A stretch of DNA of 64,000 nucleotides from Candidatus Latescibacterota bacterium (lineage in GTDB: Bacteria > Latescibacterota > UBA2968), in the NCBI GenBank assembly GCA_965222605.1, contig OZ244960.1, positions 128,001 through 192,000 on the forward strand, written 5' to 3'. Of this stretch, positions 28,664 through 37,431 are shown piece by piece. The notes beneath the pieces were generated by a model. It was not told the DNA's origin. It ran no database searches and saw only the letters and a program-made list of their open reading frames with translations. Position numbers and translations under genes: made by a program. Positions within the stretch are counted from its first letter, which is position 1; each line of letters starts with the position of its first letter.

Positions 28664-31171
28664 TCAATTTCCCCTCCCGATCTGTGCTCTGGTCGCCACG
28701 GCTTTTACGGCTTCTATGCCCAGGCGGTCTTCGAGTTGTTTCAAGTACAAACTGCGCGGAGAGACCTTCAGCCCGTGTGATTCCCAATATCCATCTTCGC
28801 GCCTGTACCAGCCGTCTCGTTTCTCGCCGATGCAGCCAATGGCGTAATTCTGAGATGTTGGGGGTTTTTGCACGATAAAGCTCTCTGCTTCGCAGTTCCA
28901 CAATACTTTTTGCGCGCCCGCCCAACCGTGGCCAGTGCCCGAACCTTGCCGATCCTGAACATTGATGGCATTACCGTTCACGGTCACATTGTCAAATAGG
29001 GTGCAAACAGACCACCGGTGATGGGGGCCTGAATCATTATGCGCGATATCCGCCGTGCAATCCAAAAACACATTTGGCCCCGGTACGCGTGCGTGTAGCA
29101 CATAATCGTGACGCCCTCGCCGGGTATAACACCGTTGCACGAGGGACAATTGCCCGTGGATGGGAAATGAATATCGCCGTCCCCCGGTGATCTCTGATAC
29201 GGGGTCGAGACACTGGCTATCCTGCACGGTCATCCATTTCGCGTAACGGCCAATGGTCACACATGCATATCCAAAGTGTACCGAGGTGATATCGCGCGCC
29301 CACGCATTCTGCACGCGTGAAAATACGACAAAGTTCCAGGCGTGATCTTCATCGATAAACTCATCCTCCCTACTTTCATCTTTTTCGCTGACATCAAACT
29401 CCGATACGCCGTGCAAGTTCTCAATGCCGACCTGTTCAATGCGCCCGAGATATTCGTATTTGTAAACCCACCCACCGCCGTATTCTCGTTCAAATGCATT
29501 GCCCATGGGCGCGTCGATTGTTATTCGATTACCATCTATGGCAGTTATGGTGCGGTCAAAGCGAAAGTCGTAAGTGCCCGGTTCCCACTGCCGAACGTCG
29601 GGATGTGACATCTCAATGCGATCCATCCCTATTGCCGCAATCCACTGTGCCGTACTGGGTCGATGCACGATGATGTCATCGCCAACTGCAAAACCCGAAG
29701 CATCTGCGATGGCGAATGTTCTTGTGCCTACGGGGACATAATCATCTACAATGGCCTGTCGCGTTCCCCCTACCTCTCGGGGGCTATCTTCGCCTTCAAA
29801 CTCAATTAATGTGCGCTGTTCTGTTCCCGTTGCAATCAATACCGTGCCGTTTTCACCTTCGCCTTCACCGCGCAGTACAACGCCACTTGCCCGAATCTGC
29901 AGGGTTCCGCCAATGCGATATTTTCCGCGCTTGAGTAACAAGGTCCCCCGAAATCCATTGGCGTCCAGTGCGCGTGCAGATACGTCGTCGATTGCCGCTT
30001 GTAATCGCGCTGTGTCGTCTCCTTCGGCCTGTGGCTGTACCGTCATTGCCACTGGCACATCTGGCAGAGCCACACCACCACCCATATAGCCACAGTGTGA
30101 AAAGTCTGGAATGATATTGCCCTTTTCGTCTGGTACATAGACCAGTCGCCCGTCAGGTCCCGGATATACCAGTTTACTGTTCTGAGGTACGTAAGATATC
30201 GAACTGCTCCGCGTTTGGATAAAATCTGCAACTTGCGCCCAAATTGGGATGGGATATATGGAGGGGTCGCGTGAGGCGATAATATCCCGAGGAATTGGCA
30301 CGCGAATCCGGGTTGTTCCCGCCTCAATCGTCTGTGTCAATAAAATCTGCGTTTCGGTTCCCACCACAATGTTTAATGGTTGTGTGGTGGCGTTTTCCAA
30401 TGTGATGGGTATGTACCACTGCGTGCCGCCAGATCCGAATCCAGCAGCGAAGGTGAGAAAATCACCAAAACCGATTTGTCCGTCAGAATCGAGGTCGCAG
30501 AGGGGATCATATCCCGCATCGGCCTGTGTTGCACCGAATTTCTGAACAAAGAGGATAAAATCACTAAAACCAACGGCTCCGTTGCCATCAAAATCGAGAT
30601 GGTCAATGGAATTTATTTCCTGTACTGGCGCGTCAACTTGCCAGAAAAAGGTCTGATCGACGGTTGCGATATGATCGATGAACAGGCGCGCGTTTGAATT
30701 TTGACTGGTTTCTGTTCTAAATGTGATGTATCGCCTGTTGTAATCGGGTTCTCTGCCCCAGATATCGTGGGGTTTTGCCAGTTCTACAACGGCAAGTTGC
30801 CAGCCCTGAGGCGGTGTTTGTCCCTCCCAGATTGTATATATGGCTTCCCTACCACCGCCCAGAGGGTGGTTGCGAACCTTGATTTTGAGGTCCCTCAGGC
30901 CATTGCCCTCTACTTTCCACCAGAAGCTCAAGCTGTGTCTTTGGGAGATGTCCTGCCCCGTGCTGAAAAAATCGTAGGTAAAGAATCCCGTTTGACCTGC
31001 TGGCAGAGAAGCCGCGATGGCAAAGCGACCCTCCTGGGCATCTTTGGATAACTGGACATTGTTGGACCAACCGGAGAGATTATCGCAATAGGTCAGCGTT
31101 TGCACCGGATCGCTAGCAGAGCAAGGACAGGCCCACAAAAATAGAATTGTGCAGGTGATAATTGGTCGCAT
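28664..31171 (-). CDS. Secreted modular protein: N-terminal beta-sandwich, dockerin/EF-hand-like pair, C-terminal pectin-lyase-like beta-helix
   Basis: Signal peptide MRPIITCTILFLWACPCSA; DFDGNGAVGFSDF...DLDSDGQIGFGDF; IPDFS..GY.GG, DDT..LQAAID, SGVVLRG.G, DSGPHHRWS, GHGWAGA. Confidence 0.75.
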   Translation of the reverse strand: MRPIITCTILFLWACPCSASDPVQTLTYCDNLSGWSNNVQLSKDAQEGRFAIAASLPAGQTGFFTYDFFSTGQDISQRHSLSFWWKVEGNGLRDLKIKVRNHPLGGGREAIYTIWEGQTPPQGWQLAVVELAKPHDIWGREPDYNRRYITFRTETSQNSNARLFIDHIATVDQTFFWQVDAPVQEINSIDHLDFDGNGAVGFSDFILFVQKFGATQADAGYDPLCDLDSDGQIGFGDFLTFAAGFGSGGTQWYIPITLENATTQPLNIVVGTETQILLTQTIEAGTTRIRVPIPRDIIASRDPSIYPIPIWAQVADFIQTRSSSISYVPQNSKLVYPGPDGRLVYVPDEKGNIIPDFSHCGYMGGGVALPDVPVAMTVQPQAEGDDTARLQAAIDDVSARALDANGFRGTLLLKRGKYRIGGTLQIRASGVVLRGEGEGENGTVLIATGTEQRTLIEFEGEDSPREVGGTRQAIVDDYVPVGTRTFAIADASGFAVGDDIIVHRPSTAQWIAAIGMDRIEMSHPDVRQWEPGTYDFRFDRTITAIDGNRITIDAPMGNAFEREYGGGWVYKYEYLGRIEQVGIENLHGVSEFDVSEKDESREDEFIDEDHAWNFVVFSRVQNAWARDITSVHFGYACVTIGRYAKWMTVQDSQCLDPVSEITGGRRYSFPIHGQLSLVQRCYTRRGRHDYVLHARVPGPNVFLDCTADIAHNDSGPHHRWSVCTLFDNVTVNGNAINVQDRQGSGTGHGWAGAQKVLWNCEAESFIVQKPPTSQNYAIGCIGEKRDGWYRREDGYWESHGLKVSPRSLYLKQLEDRLGIEAVKAVATRAQIGRGN

Positions 31172-31209
31172 TGTAATTTTTCCTGACCGCTGACCGCTTG
31201 TTTCTATTC

Positions 31210-32763
31210 TCACGCACAGACAACCTCAAAGGCCGTTATATTGCGGGTATCCTTGCTGAACTCTACCCCGATCAAATATATCGGCTGATCCAGACCCCGA
31301 TATTTGTCCGCGTATCCCTTTTCCTGCAACTGCGCCATCGCCGCGCCTTCAGACGCCAGTTCCACCACCTTGAACTCGAACAGGTAGATGTTATCGTTGA
31401 AGTACACAGCCATATCCACACGCCCATGGCTGCTGTCCTCTACGGTGATGTCAAGCCCCAGTGCTGCGAAATAGGAATAGAACACACTGGCATAGTAGCC
31501 TTCAAAACTGGCGATGTCGTTGTTGGTGTACCATTCGTAGGGGATACTGGCAAAAAAGGCGTGGAATAAGGTCTCGAGACCGGCAAAGTCATTGGCTTTT
31601 AGCAGGCGGTAGAGTTGGAGGCTGTTCGCTATCTGGCCGGACGGGTCTTTCACTAGGTAGCGCAATAGGCTCTCGTTGAGACTTTGACGCACTTCCCGAT
31701 TGGGATAACTTAGACGGTACAGGGACTTGCCGCCGAGGTTCTCCTCACCGGTAATGGTCAGATACCCGGTTTGAAACAACAGAGCCTCGGTCGCAATTTC
31801 ATCCACATCGAAAGTCGATAGCAAATCGCTACTGCCGATCATCTCATCGAGTTTCAAGGAACTGACACGGCGTTGAAACAGGGTCTCAATGAGGAAGGTG
31901 GGGGTACCCGTCTCGAACCAATAGGCTTCGAAGCTATGCCTTCGGAACAGCAGGAGGATATCGAAGGGGTTATAGACCTTCTCCTCGCCCCGCCAGCTAT
32001 AGCCGTTGTACCAGTCGCGGACCTCATCCCGATCCAGGCCGGGCAGTTCAGGCGCAAATACCGTGTCGAGGTCCTCCTCGGTGTAGCCGCAGATGGCGGA
32101 ATATTGTGGATCAATGGTGATGTCTGTAAGATTGTTGAGGCCAGAGAAGAGGCGGACTTTGGAGAACTTGCTGACGCCAGTGAGGAATGTGAATTTGATA
32201 TGGGCATCACTGGACTTGATCGTCGAATACAGACCGCGCAGAAAGTCGCGGTTGGCACGGGCGACTTCAGGCTCATCCAGCACATCTAAGATCGGCTTGT
32301 CGTATTCATCAACAAGAACGACAACGCGCTGTCCCGCCTGGCTATGCAACATCTGGATGATATGGCGAAAGCGTGCTGAAGCAGTATCGTAGTGGCTTTC
32401 TACGCCTGTTTCTTTTTCCACAGCGTCCAGTTGTGCCATAACCTCTTTGTGCAAGATCTCCGGCTCATTAAAATTGCCGCTGCCAAAGTCGAGTCGCAGG
32501 ACGGGATAGCGCACTTGCCAGTCCCAGTGGTCGTGGATATACAACCCCTCAAAGAGCGGCTCATTGCCCTCAAACAGTTCCTTCAGCGTGTCCAGAAACA
32601 GGCTTTTGCCAAAGCGACGCGGACGCGATAAAAAAAAGTGCGTGCCATCGTCGAGCAACTCCCGGATATAGGCTGTCTTATCGACATAGTAGCAGTTCTC
32701 CTCCCGAATTTTGCAGAAGGTCTGAATACCGATGGGCAGTCTGCGTTTGGTCATATTATGCAC
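31210..32763 (-). CDS. AAA-ATPase-like + PD-(D/E)xK nuclease (PDDEXK_9/DUF1703) protein, copy 1
   Basis: LPIGIQTF, YVDKT, SRPRRFGKS, LVDEYDKP, GRVD....FEFK....Q...Y. Confidence 0.9.
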   Translation of the reverse strand: MHNMTKRRLPIGIQTFCKIREENCYYVDKTAYIRELLDDGTHFFLSRPRRFGKSLFLDTLKELFEGNEPLFEGLYIHDHWDWQVRYPVLRLDFGSGNFNEPEILHKEVMAQLDAVEKETGVESHYDTASARFRHIIQMLHSQAGQRVVVLVDEYDKPILDVLDEPEVARANRDFLRGLYSTIKSSDAHIKFTFLTGVSKFSKVRLFSGLNNLTDITIDPQYSAICGYTEEDLDTVFAPELPGLDRDEVRDWYNGYSWRGEEKVYNPFDILLLFRRHSFEAYWFETGTPTFLIETLFQRRVSSLKLDEMIGSSDLLSTFDVDEIATEALLFQTGYLTITGEENLGGKSLYRLSYPNREVRQSLNESLLRYLVKDPSGQIANSLQLYRLLKANDFAGLETLFHAFFASIPYEWYTNNDIASFEGYYASVFYSYFAALGLDITVEDSSHGRVDMAVYFNDNIYLFEFKVVELASEGAAMAQLQEKGYADKYRGLDQPIYLIGVEFSKDTRNITAFEVVCA

Positions 32764-32816
32764 CTTTGTCTTTCCATCTCATCCAAAAGCGATTCTGTGT
32801 TTTTTACCCTCATCGA

Positions 32817-33392
32817 TCACCGTGTCCGCGTTTTTCTCCGCGCGAAGGCATCCAGTTCATGCCGGACGGTCTCACCGGACAGTTCGGCATAGCGCTGGGT
32901 GGTCTGCAAGTTGCGATGACCGAGCAGCCAGCGCACTGTGCCAACACCCACGCCACTGTTCACCAACTCCGTCGCAGCCGTGTGCCGAAGCTGGTGGATC
33001 TCGCATTTGACCTCTGCCTGCTCACACAGCTTCGTCCATTGATAGAGCGCGGTTCTATAACTCATGCGCCGATCTTTGTATTTTCCCGTCCTGAAAAGCG
33101 GCCCCGCGGTTAAATCTTCGGCGCGAAGATACGCCCGCAACAGTTTCAGGCTTTCAAACTCAAAGGGCAACGGGATCTCGCGCTCGTATTCTCCTTTGCC
33201 TCTGAACCGAATGCCCTCCTGCCCAGCACTCAGGATAATGTCCTCAACGTAAATGCTCAGTGCCTCATTGATCCGGATCCCGGTTTCGGCCAGCAGTGTG
33301 AAGAGCAGGCGCTCCCGCGGTTTTGACTTCCGAATCGCCTGCATCAACCGCTCCAGGTTTTTTCTATGGATCGGCCGCGGCAATCCATGCAT
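32817..33392 (-). CDS. Small tyrosine recombinase (catalytic domain only, possibly 5'-truncated)
   Basis: GIRINE, GKG, HQLRH, LGH, TTQRY; no core-binding domain; abuts a YhcG fragment. Confidence 0.8.
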   Translation of the reverse strand: MHGLPRPIHRKNLERLMQAIRKSKPRERLLFTLLAETGIRINEALSIYVEDIILSAGQEGIRFRGKGEYEREIPLPFEFESLKLLRAYLRAEDLTAGPLFRTGKYKDRRMSYRTALYQWTKLCEQAEVKCEIHQLRHTAATELVNSGVGVGTVRWLLGHRNLQTTQRYAELSGETVRHELDAFARRKTRTR

Positions 33393-33409
33393 CTCCCGTG
33401 TTTAACCTG

Positions 33410-33582
33410 ATCGGTTTCGGAGTATTCGTCCTTTAGATCGAGAAATTCGAGCACAAAGGGGTCTTTGATTTCCTCTTCGGAGAGAACGCGGTCTTCAGGC
33501 TGCACCTTCTGGCCTTTGGTTAGCATGGCGGCTTTGTTCTTTGAAAGTGCTGTGCGCTCGTAGAATTGAGAGTTTATCTGCC
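33410..33582 (-). pseudogene. Internal fragment of a YhcG/DUF1016 PD-(D/E)xK protein
   Basis: QINSQFYERTALSKNK...IKDPFVLEFLDL....SE.D. Confidence 0.85.
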
Positions 33583-33619
33583 AGCCGATAGCGGCGCATC
33601 AGGGAAGTACTTTTTTGAG

Positions 33620-33862
33620 CTATTTGTTGAGTACCAAAACAATTGTGATGGCTGTCCCGATATTGGCAAGCAACACAGTGATCAACAAACCAACAATCCA
33701 CTTGAAATTGCTGTCGATTCGATTGGACAACTCACTCCGGCCTTGTTCGATTCGATTGGACAACTCATGCTGGCCTTGCTCAATGTTGCCCAAACGTTCA
33801 TTGATTTGCGCCTGGACGGCTTCGAGAGAAGCAACGCGACTTTCAAGGCTTGGCATCTGCAT
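33620..33862 (-). CDS. Small coiled-coil + single-TM protein (Bdr/DUF1640/XhlA-like architecture)
   Basis: 11-aa repeat (ELSNRIEQG..., 33-bp tandem), then FKWIVGLLITVLL; paralog at 41313-41519. Confidence 0.7.
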   Translation of the reverse strand: MQMPSLESRVASLEAVQAQINERLGNIEQGQHELSNRIEQGRSELSNRIDSNFKWIVGLLITVLLANIGTAITIVLVLNK

Positions 33863-34121
33863 GGTAAAACTCTCTTTGTGTTGAGTTTTTACTGTGTCTA
33901 ATCATAAAATACCTTTGTCATTATGGATATGAAAGTGCTTTTCCGCATGTGCAGATGAAGTGCTGGCGAATTGTACACCTATCAAAGTTGGAGCATCTAA
34001 AGAAAGATAGCCTGAAGTCGTCAAGGCACAAATAGAACGCGTCGAATTTCTTATCAACAGTCGGTCCGATCCAACACCCAACCCAAAATCTTTACGCACT
34101 TCCATCCGCATTTCTCACCTC

Positions 34122-35678
34122 TCACGCACCTGCCACCTCAAAGGCCGTTATATTGCGGGTGTTCTTACTGAACTCTACTCCGATCAGGTGAATGGGCTGA
34201 TCCAGACCCCGATATTTGTCCGCATATCCCTTTGCTTGCAATTGCGCCATCGCCGCACCATCGGACGCTAATTCCACCACCTTGAACTCAAATAGGTAGA
34301 TGTTATCGTTGAAGTGTACAGCCATATCGACACGCCCATGGCTGCTGCTATCCTCTACCGTGATATTGAGACCCAGGCCCGCGAAATAGGAATAGAACAC
34401 GCTGGCATAGTAGCCCTCAAAATTGGCGATGTCGTTGTTGGTGTACCATTCGTAGGGAATGCTGGCGAAGAATGCGTGGAATAAGGTCTCGAGACCGGCA
34501 AAGTCATTGGCTTCCAGCAGGCGGTAAAGTTGGACGCTGTTCGCCATCTGGCCGGACGGGTCTTTCACCAGGTAGCGCAATAGGCTCTCGTTGAGGCTTT
34601 GACGCACTTCCCGATTGGGATAACTTAGATGGTACAGGGACTTACCGCCGAGGTTCTCCTCACTGGTAATGGTCAGGTACCCAGTCTGAAACAACAGGGC
34701 CTCGGTCGCGATTTCATCCACATCGAAGGTCGATAGCAAGTCACTGCTGCCCATCATCTCGTCGAGTTTCAGGGAACTGACACGGCGTTTGAATAGGGTT
34801 TCGATGAGGAAGGTGGGCGTGCCGGTCTCGAACCAATAGGCTTCGAAGCTGTGCCTTCGGAACAGCAGGAGGATGTCGAAGGGGTTATAGACCTTCTCCT
34901 CGCCCCGCCAGCTATAGCCGTTGTACCAGTCGCGGATCTCATCCCGATCCAGACCCGGCAGTTCTGGCGCAAATACCGTGTCGAGGTCCGTTTCTGTGTA
35001 GCCGCAGATGGCGGAATATCGCGGATCAATGGTAATATCTGTGAGGTTGTTGAGGCCAGAGAACAGATGTACCTTGGAGAACTTGCTGACGCCAGTGAGG
35101 AATGTGAACTTGATATGGGCATCATTGGACTTGATTGTCGAATACAGACCGCGCAGAAAGTCGCGGTTGGCGCGCGCAATCTCCGGTACTTCCAAAGCAT
35201 CGAGTATCGGCTTGTCGTATTCATCAACAAGAACGACAACGCGCTGCCCGGCACGCTCGTGAAGGATTTCCAAAATAGACGCGAAGCGTCCGGGGGCTGT
35301 GGTGTACTCGGAAACGATCTCCGCTCGACGTTCTATGGCCGCGAGTTGTTCCATGAGATTTGCCTGCAGATAGCCCACCTCTTTGAAATTGCCGCTGCCA
35401 AAGTCGAGCCGCAGGACGGGATAGCGCACTTGCCAATCCCAGTGGTCGTGGATATACAACCCCTCAAAGAGCGGCTCATTGCCCTCAAACAGTTCCTTCA
35501 GCGTGTCCAGAAACAGGCTTTTGCCAAAGCGACGTGGACGCGATAAAAAAAAGTGCGTGCCATCGTCAAGCAGCTCCCGGATATAGGCTGTCTTATCGAC
35601 ATAGTAGCAGTTCTCCTCCCGAATTTTGCGGAAGGTCTGAATACCAATGGGCAGTCTGCGTTTGGTCATATTATGCAC
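34122..35678 (-). CDS. AAA-ATPase-like + PD-(D/E)xK nuclease protein, copy 2
   Basis: Near-identical to 31210-32763, including about 40 bp upstream. Confidence 0.9.
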   Translation of the reverse strand: MHNMTKRRLPIGIQTFRKIREENCYYVDKTAYIRELLDDGTHFFLSRPRRFGKSLFLDTLKELFEGNEPLFEGLYIHDHWDWQVRYPVLRLDFGSGNFKEVGYLQANLMEQLAAIERRAEIVSEYTTAPGRFASILEILHERAGQRVVVLVDEYDKPILDALEVPEIARANRDFLRGLYSTIKSNDAHIKFTFLTGVSKFSKVHLFSGLNNLTDITIDPRYSAICGYTETDLDTVFAPELPGLDRDEIRDWYNGYSWRGEEKVYNPFDILLLFRRHSFEAYWFETGTPTFLIETLFKRRVSSLKLDEMMGSSDLLSTFDVDEIATEALLFQTGYLTITSEENLGGKSLYHLSYPNREVRQSLNESLLRYLVKDPSGQMANSVQLYRLLEANDFAGLETLFHAFFASIPYEWYTNNDIANFEGYYASVFYSYFAGLGLNITVEDSSSHGRVDMAVHFNDNIYLFEFKVVELASDGAAMAQLQAKGYADKYRGLDQPIHLIGVEFSKNTRNITAFEVAGA

Positions 35679-35799
35679 CTTTGTCTTTCGATCTCATCCA
35701 AAAGCGGTTCTGTTATTTTTTGTTCTTTCGCATTCATACACTAAGCATTTCCTACTTTTGGCTAAAGATTTCGCCTCCACCGCGCGTTCAGCCGGCACC

Positions 35800-35856
35800 A
35801 CAGTGCTCGAAGACGATCCCAAACGGGCTGAATCGCGTCGAGAATGCCGCGCTCTT
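35800..35856 (-). pseudogene. C-terminal relic of a DUF3368 PIN toxin
   Basis: Right after the UPF0175 stop, one frame reads KERGILDAIQPVWDRLRAL, resembling the DUF3368 tail 'AK.RG.I..V.P.LD.L'. Confidence 0.55.
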
Positions 35857-36125
35857 TAGTTCGCAAGACGACGGGCACTGTCTAAGTCCTGTTGGAGGTC
35901 GTCCTCAGTCAGTTGGAAGGTATCAACGCCGTATTCGGCGAGCTTTGTCAGAAATAAGGGCTTGGGAATGCCAGCCAGCTTGGCTGCCCCCCCCGAGGAT
36001 AAACGGCCCAACTCATAGAGCTTGACGGCGATAAGTAGCTTGGCCTCTTCGCTGAACTGCCTGGGTGTATATCCGAGGGCCAGCAGGACTTCGTCACCGT
36101 AGTCAATGGTCAATGTTCTCTTCAT
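35856..36125 (-). CDS. UPF0175 family antitoxin
   Basis: A.KLYE.GRLSSG.AAKLAGI....FL..L..YGV. Confidence 0.85.
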   Translation of the reverse strand: MKRTLTIDYGDEVLLALGYTPRQFSEEAKLLIAVKLYELGRLSSGGAAKLAGIPKPLFLTKLAEYGVDTFQLTEDDLQQDLDSARRLAN

Positions 36126-36278
36126 TGCGTCGTGTCTCCATAAACGCGCTGTCAAACCGGGCGAATCGCCCCCCTATGCTTTTTGAATATAATGATAAAT
36201 GTCTATTTGCAATTTACGCGAAAAAACAGGGGTTTGCAATGGCATTTTGGCGTATAATGTAGGCGTTTTGGGAAGTGT

Positions 36279-36306
36279 TCCTGACATAATTCGTATTATG
36301 TCTATA
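36279..36306. other. dif-like tyrosine recombinase core site (11-6-11)
   Basis: TCCTGACATAA-TTCGTA-TTATGTCTATA; the inner GACATAA/TTATGTC arms are perfectly inverted, and the CATAA-N6-TTATG core matches dif. Confidence 0.7.
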
Positions 36307-36343
36307 TCTTTTTCTGCCTGGAATCTCGATAAACCGGATATCT

Positions 36344-36982
36344 TCACGGCCCTTGTATCCCCAGGCGGATGAGGATCACGGCGACCGTCAGCGCAATGCC
36401 GTTGACACCTGCGTGAATCGCCGCGGTTGTCCAATACGCGCGCTTACGGCCAAACTGACGCGCGTGCAGAAATGCAACGGCCAGGAAAAATCCAGCACCA
36501 ATGGTCGCCACAAACCCGTACACCCCGGCGTGCAGATGAAAGACGCCAAAGAGCACGGTCGAAAACCAGACCGCAACAACAGGCCTGTGTGTCACCTTCA
36601 TAGCAAGCCAGATCGGGAACCACTGGTTCATCAGCGTCTCGAGAAGCGGTGCCAGGAAGATCGCCGCGATGAACGTTATCCAAAACCCGTTGTCGGCAAT
36701 CATTGCCCTCGGGTCGATGGCTTTAGCAGCGGGATCGTTGGCAATCGAATAAAACGGCATGGCTTCGAGCATGAATCCCAGTGCCATATCCACGAGCGTC
36801 GCATAGACCGCGAAAACGGCAATCATCGCCGGCGCTGAAAGACTCAGAACGCGCTGAAAGTGCTCTCGAATCACATTGTCTTTGGATCCGAAGACATTGA
36901 GGACGTCGGGTTTAGGATGGGTTTCTGGCGGGACTGTACGGGATGGTACTGCGGGACGAGTTACGAGTGACTGGTGAACCAT
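36344..36982 (-). CDS. CPBP (CAAX/Abi) intramembrane metalloprotease, in frame with the recombinase-type N-terminus
   Basis: AP..E...., LFG..H, IH...N; the first ~25 aa are homologous to the N-terminus of the 26772-28304 protein. Confidence 0.75.
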   Translation of the reverse strand: MVHQSLVTRPAVPSRTVPPETHPKPDVLNVFGSKDNVIREHFQRVLSLSAPAMIAVFAVYATLVDMALGFMLEAMPFYSIANDPAAKAIDPRAMIADNGFWITFIAAIFLAPLLETLMNQWFPIWLAMKVTHRPVVAVWFSTVLFGVFHLHAGVYGFVATIGAGFFLAVAFLHARQFGRKRAYWTTAAIHAGVNGIALTVAVILIRLGIQGP

Positions 36983-37257
36983 GGAAATGCCCTCCTGTAT
37001 GGGTTGGAACTGAAAATTTTGATCTCGTGCCCTTCATATAGGGCAAAAACCGTGCCAAACAAGCCAAAAACCCGTAACTGATTGCAGGAGAGCGTGTTTT
37101 TAAAAAATGTCGCTGAGAGAACCTGTGGGGAACTGTTTCATATGAAACACTTACTGTGTCATATGACACAGTTGGGATAAGAATGAAACAGGGGGATTAT
37201 CGGGGGATGAAACACAAAAAATGCCCTGAAGAACACAGGGTATTTTGAAAGGTATTT
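36930..37257. repeat. Direct repeat copy B (sigma54 promoter 37042-37057, UAS palindromes 37132-37172, terminator)
   Basis: Minus strand TGGCACGGTTTTTGCC; boxes ACTGTTTCATATGAAACACT and the perfect palindrome ACTGTGTCATATGACACAGT. Confidence 0.9.
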
Positions 37258-37326
37258 ATAGCGATGGTGCTCGGATGAACACCATTCTGGAAATGTCGCG
37301 GTCATCTAAGACAATCAGTATATATC

Positions 37327-37424
37327 GCATTCGCCTATCACGCGCCGATGACCTATGAAAAGCTGCATCAAGCACAGGCTTGAAACACAAGCCCTAAACT
37401 CTCCACCCAAACGGGGCAGCTTCA
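37327..37424 (+). mobile_element. IS3-family right-end remnant
   Basis: OrfB-like tail AYHAPMTYEKLHQAQA* followed by CTCCACCCAAACGGGGCAGCTTCA; homologous to 39298-39349. Confidence 0.65.
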
Positions 37425-37431
37425 ATCTCGT

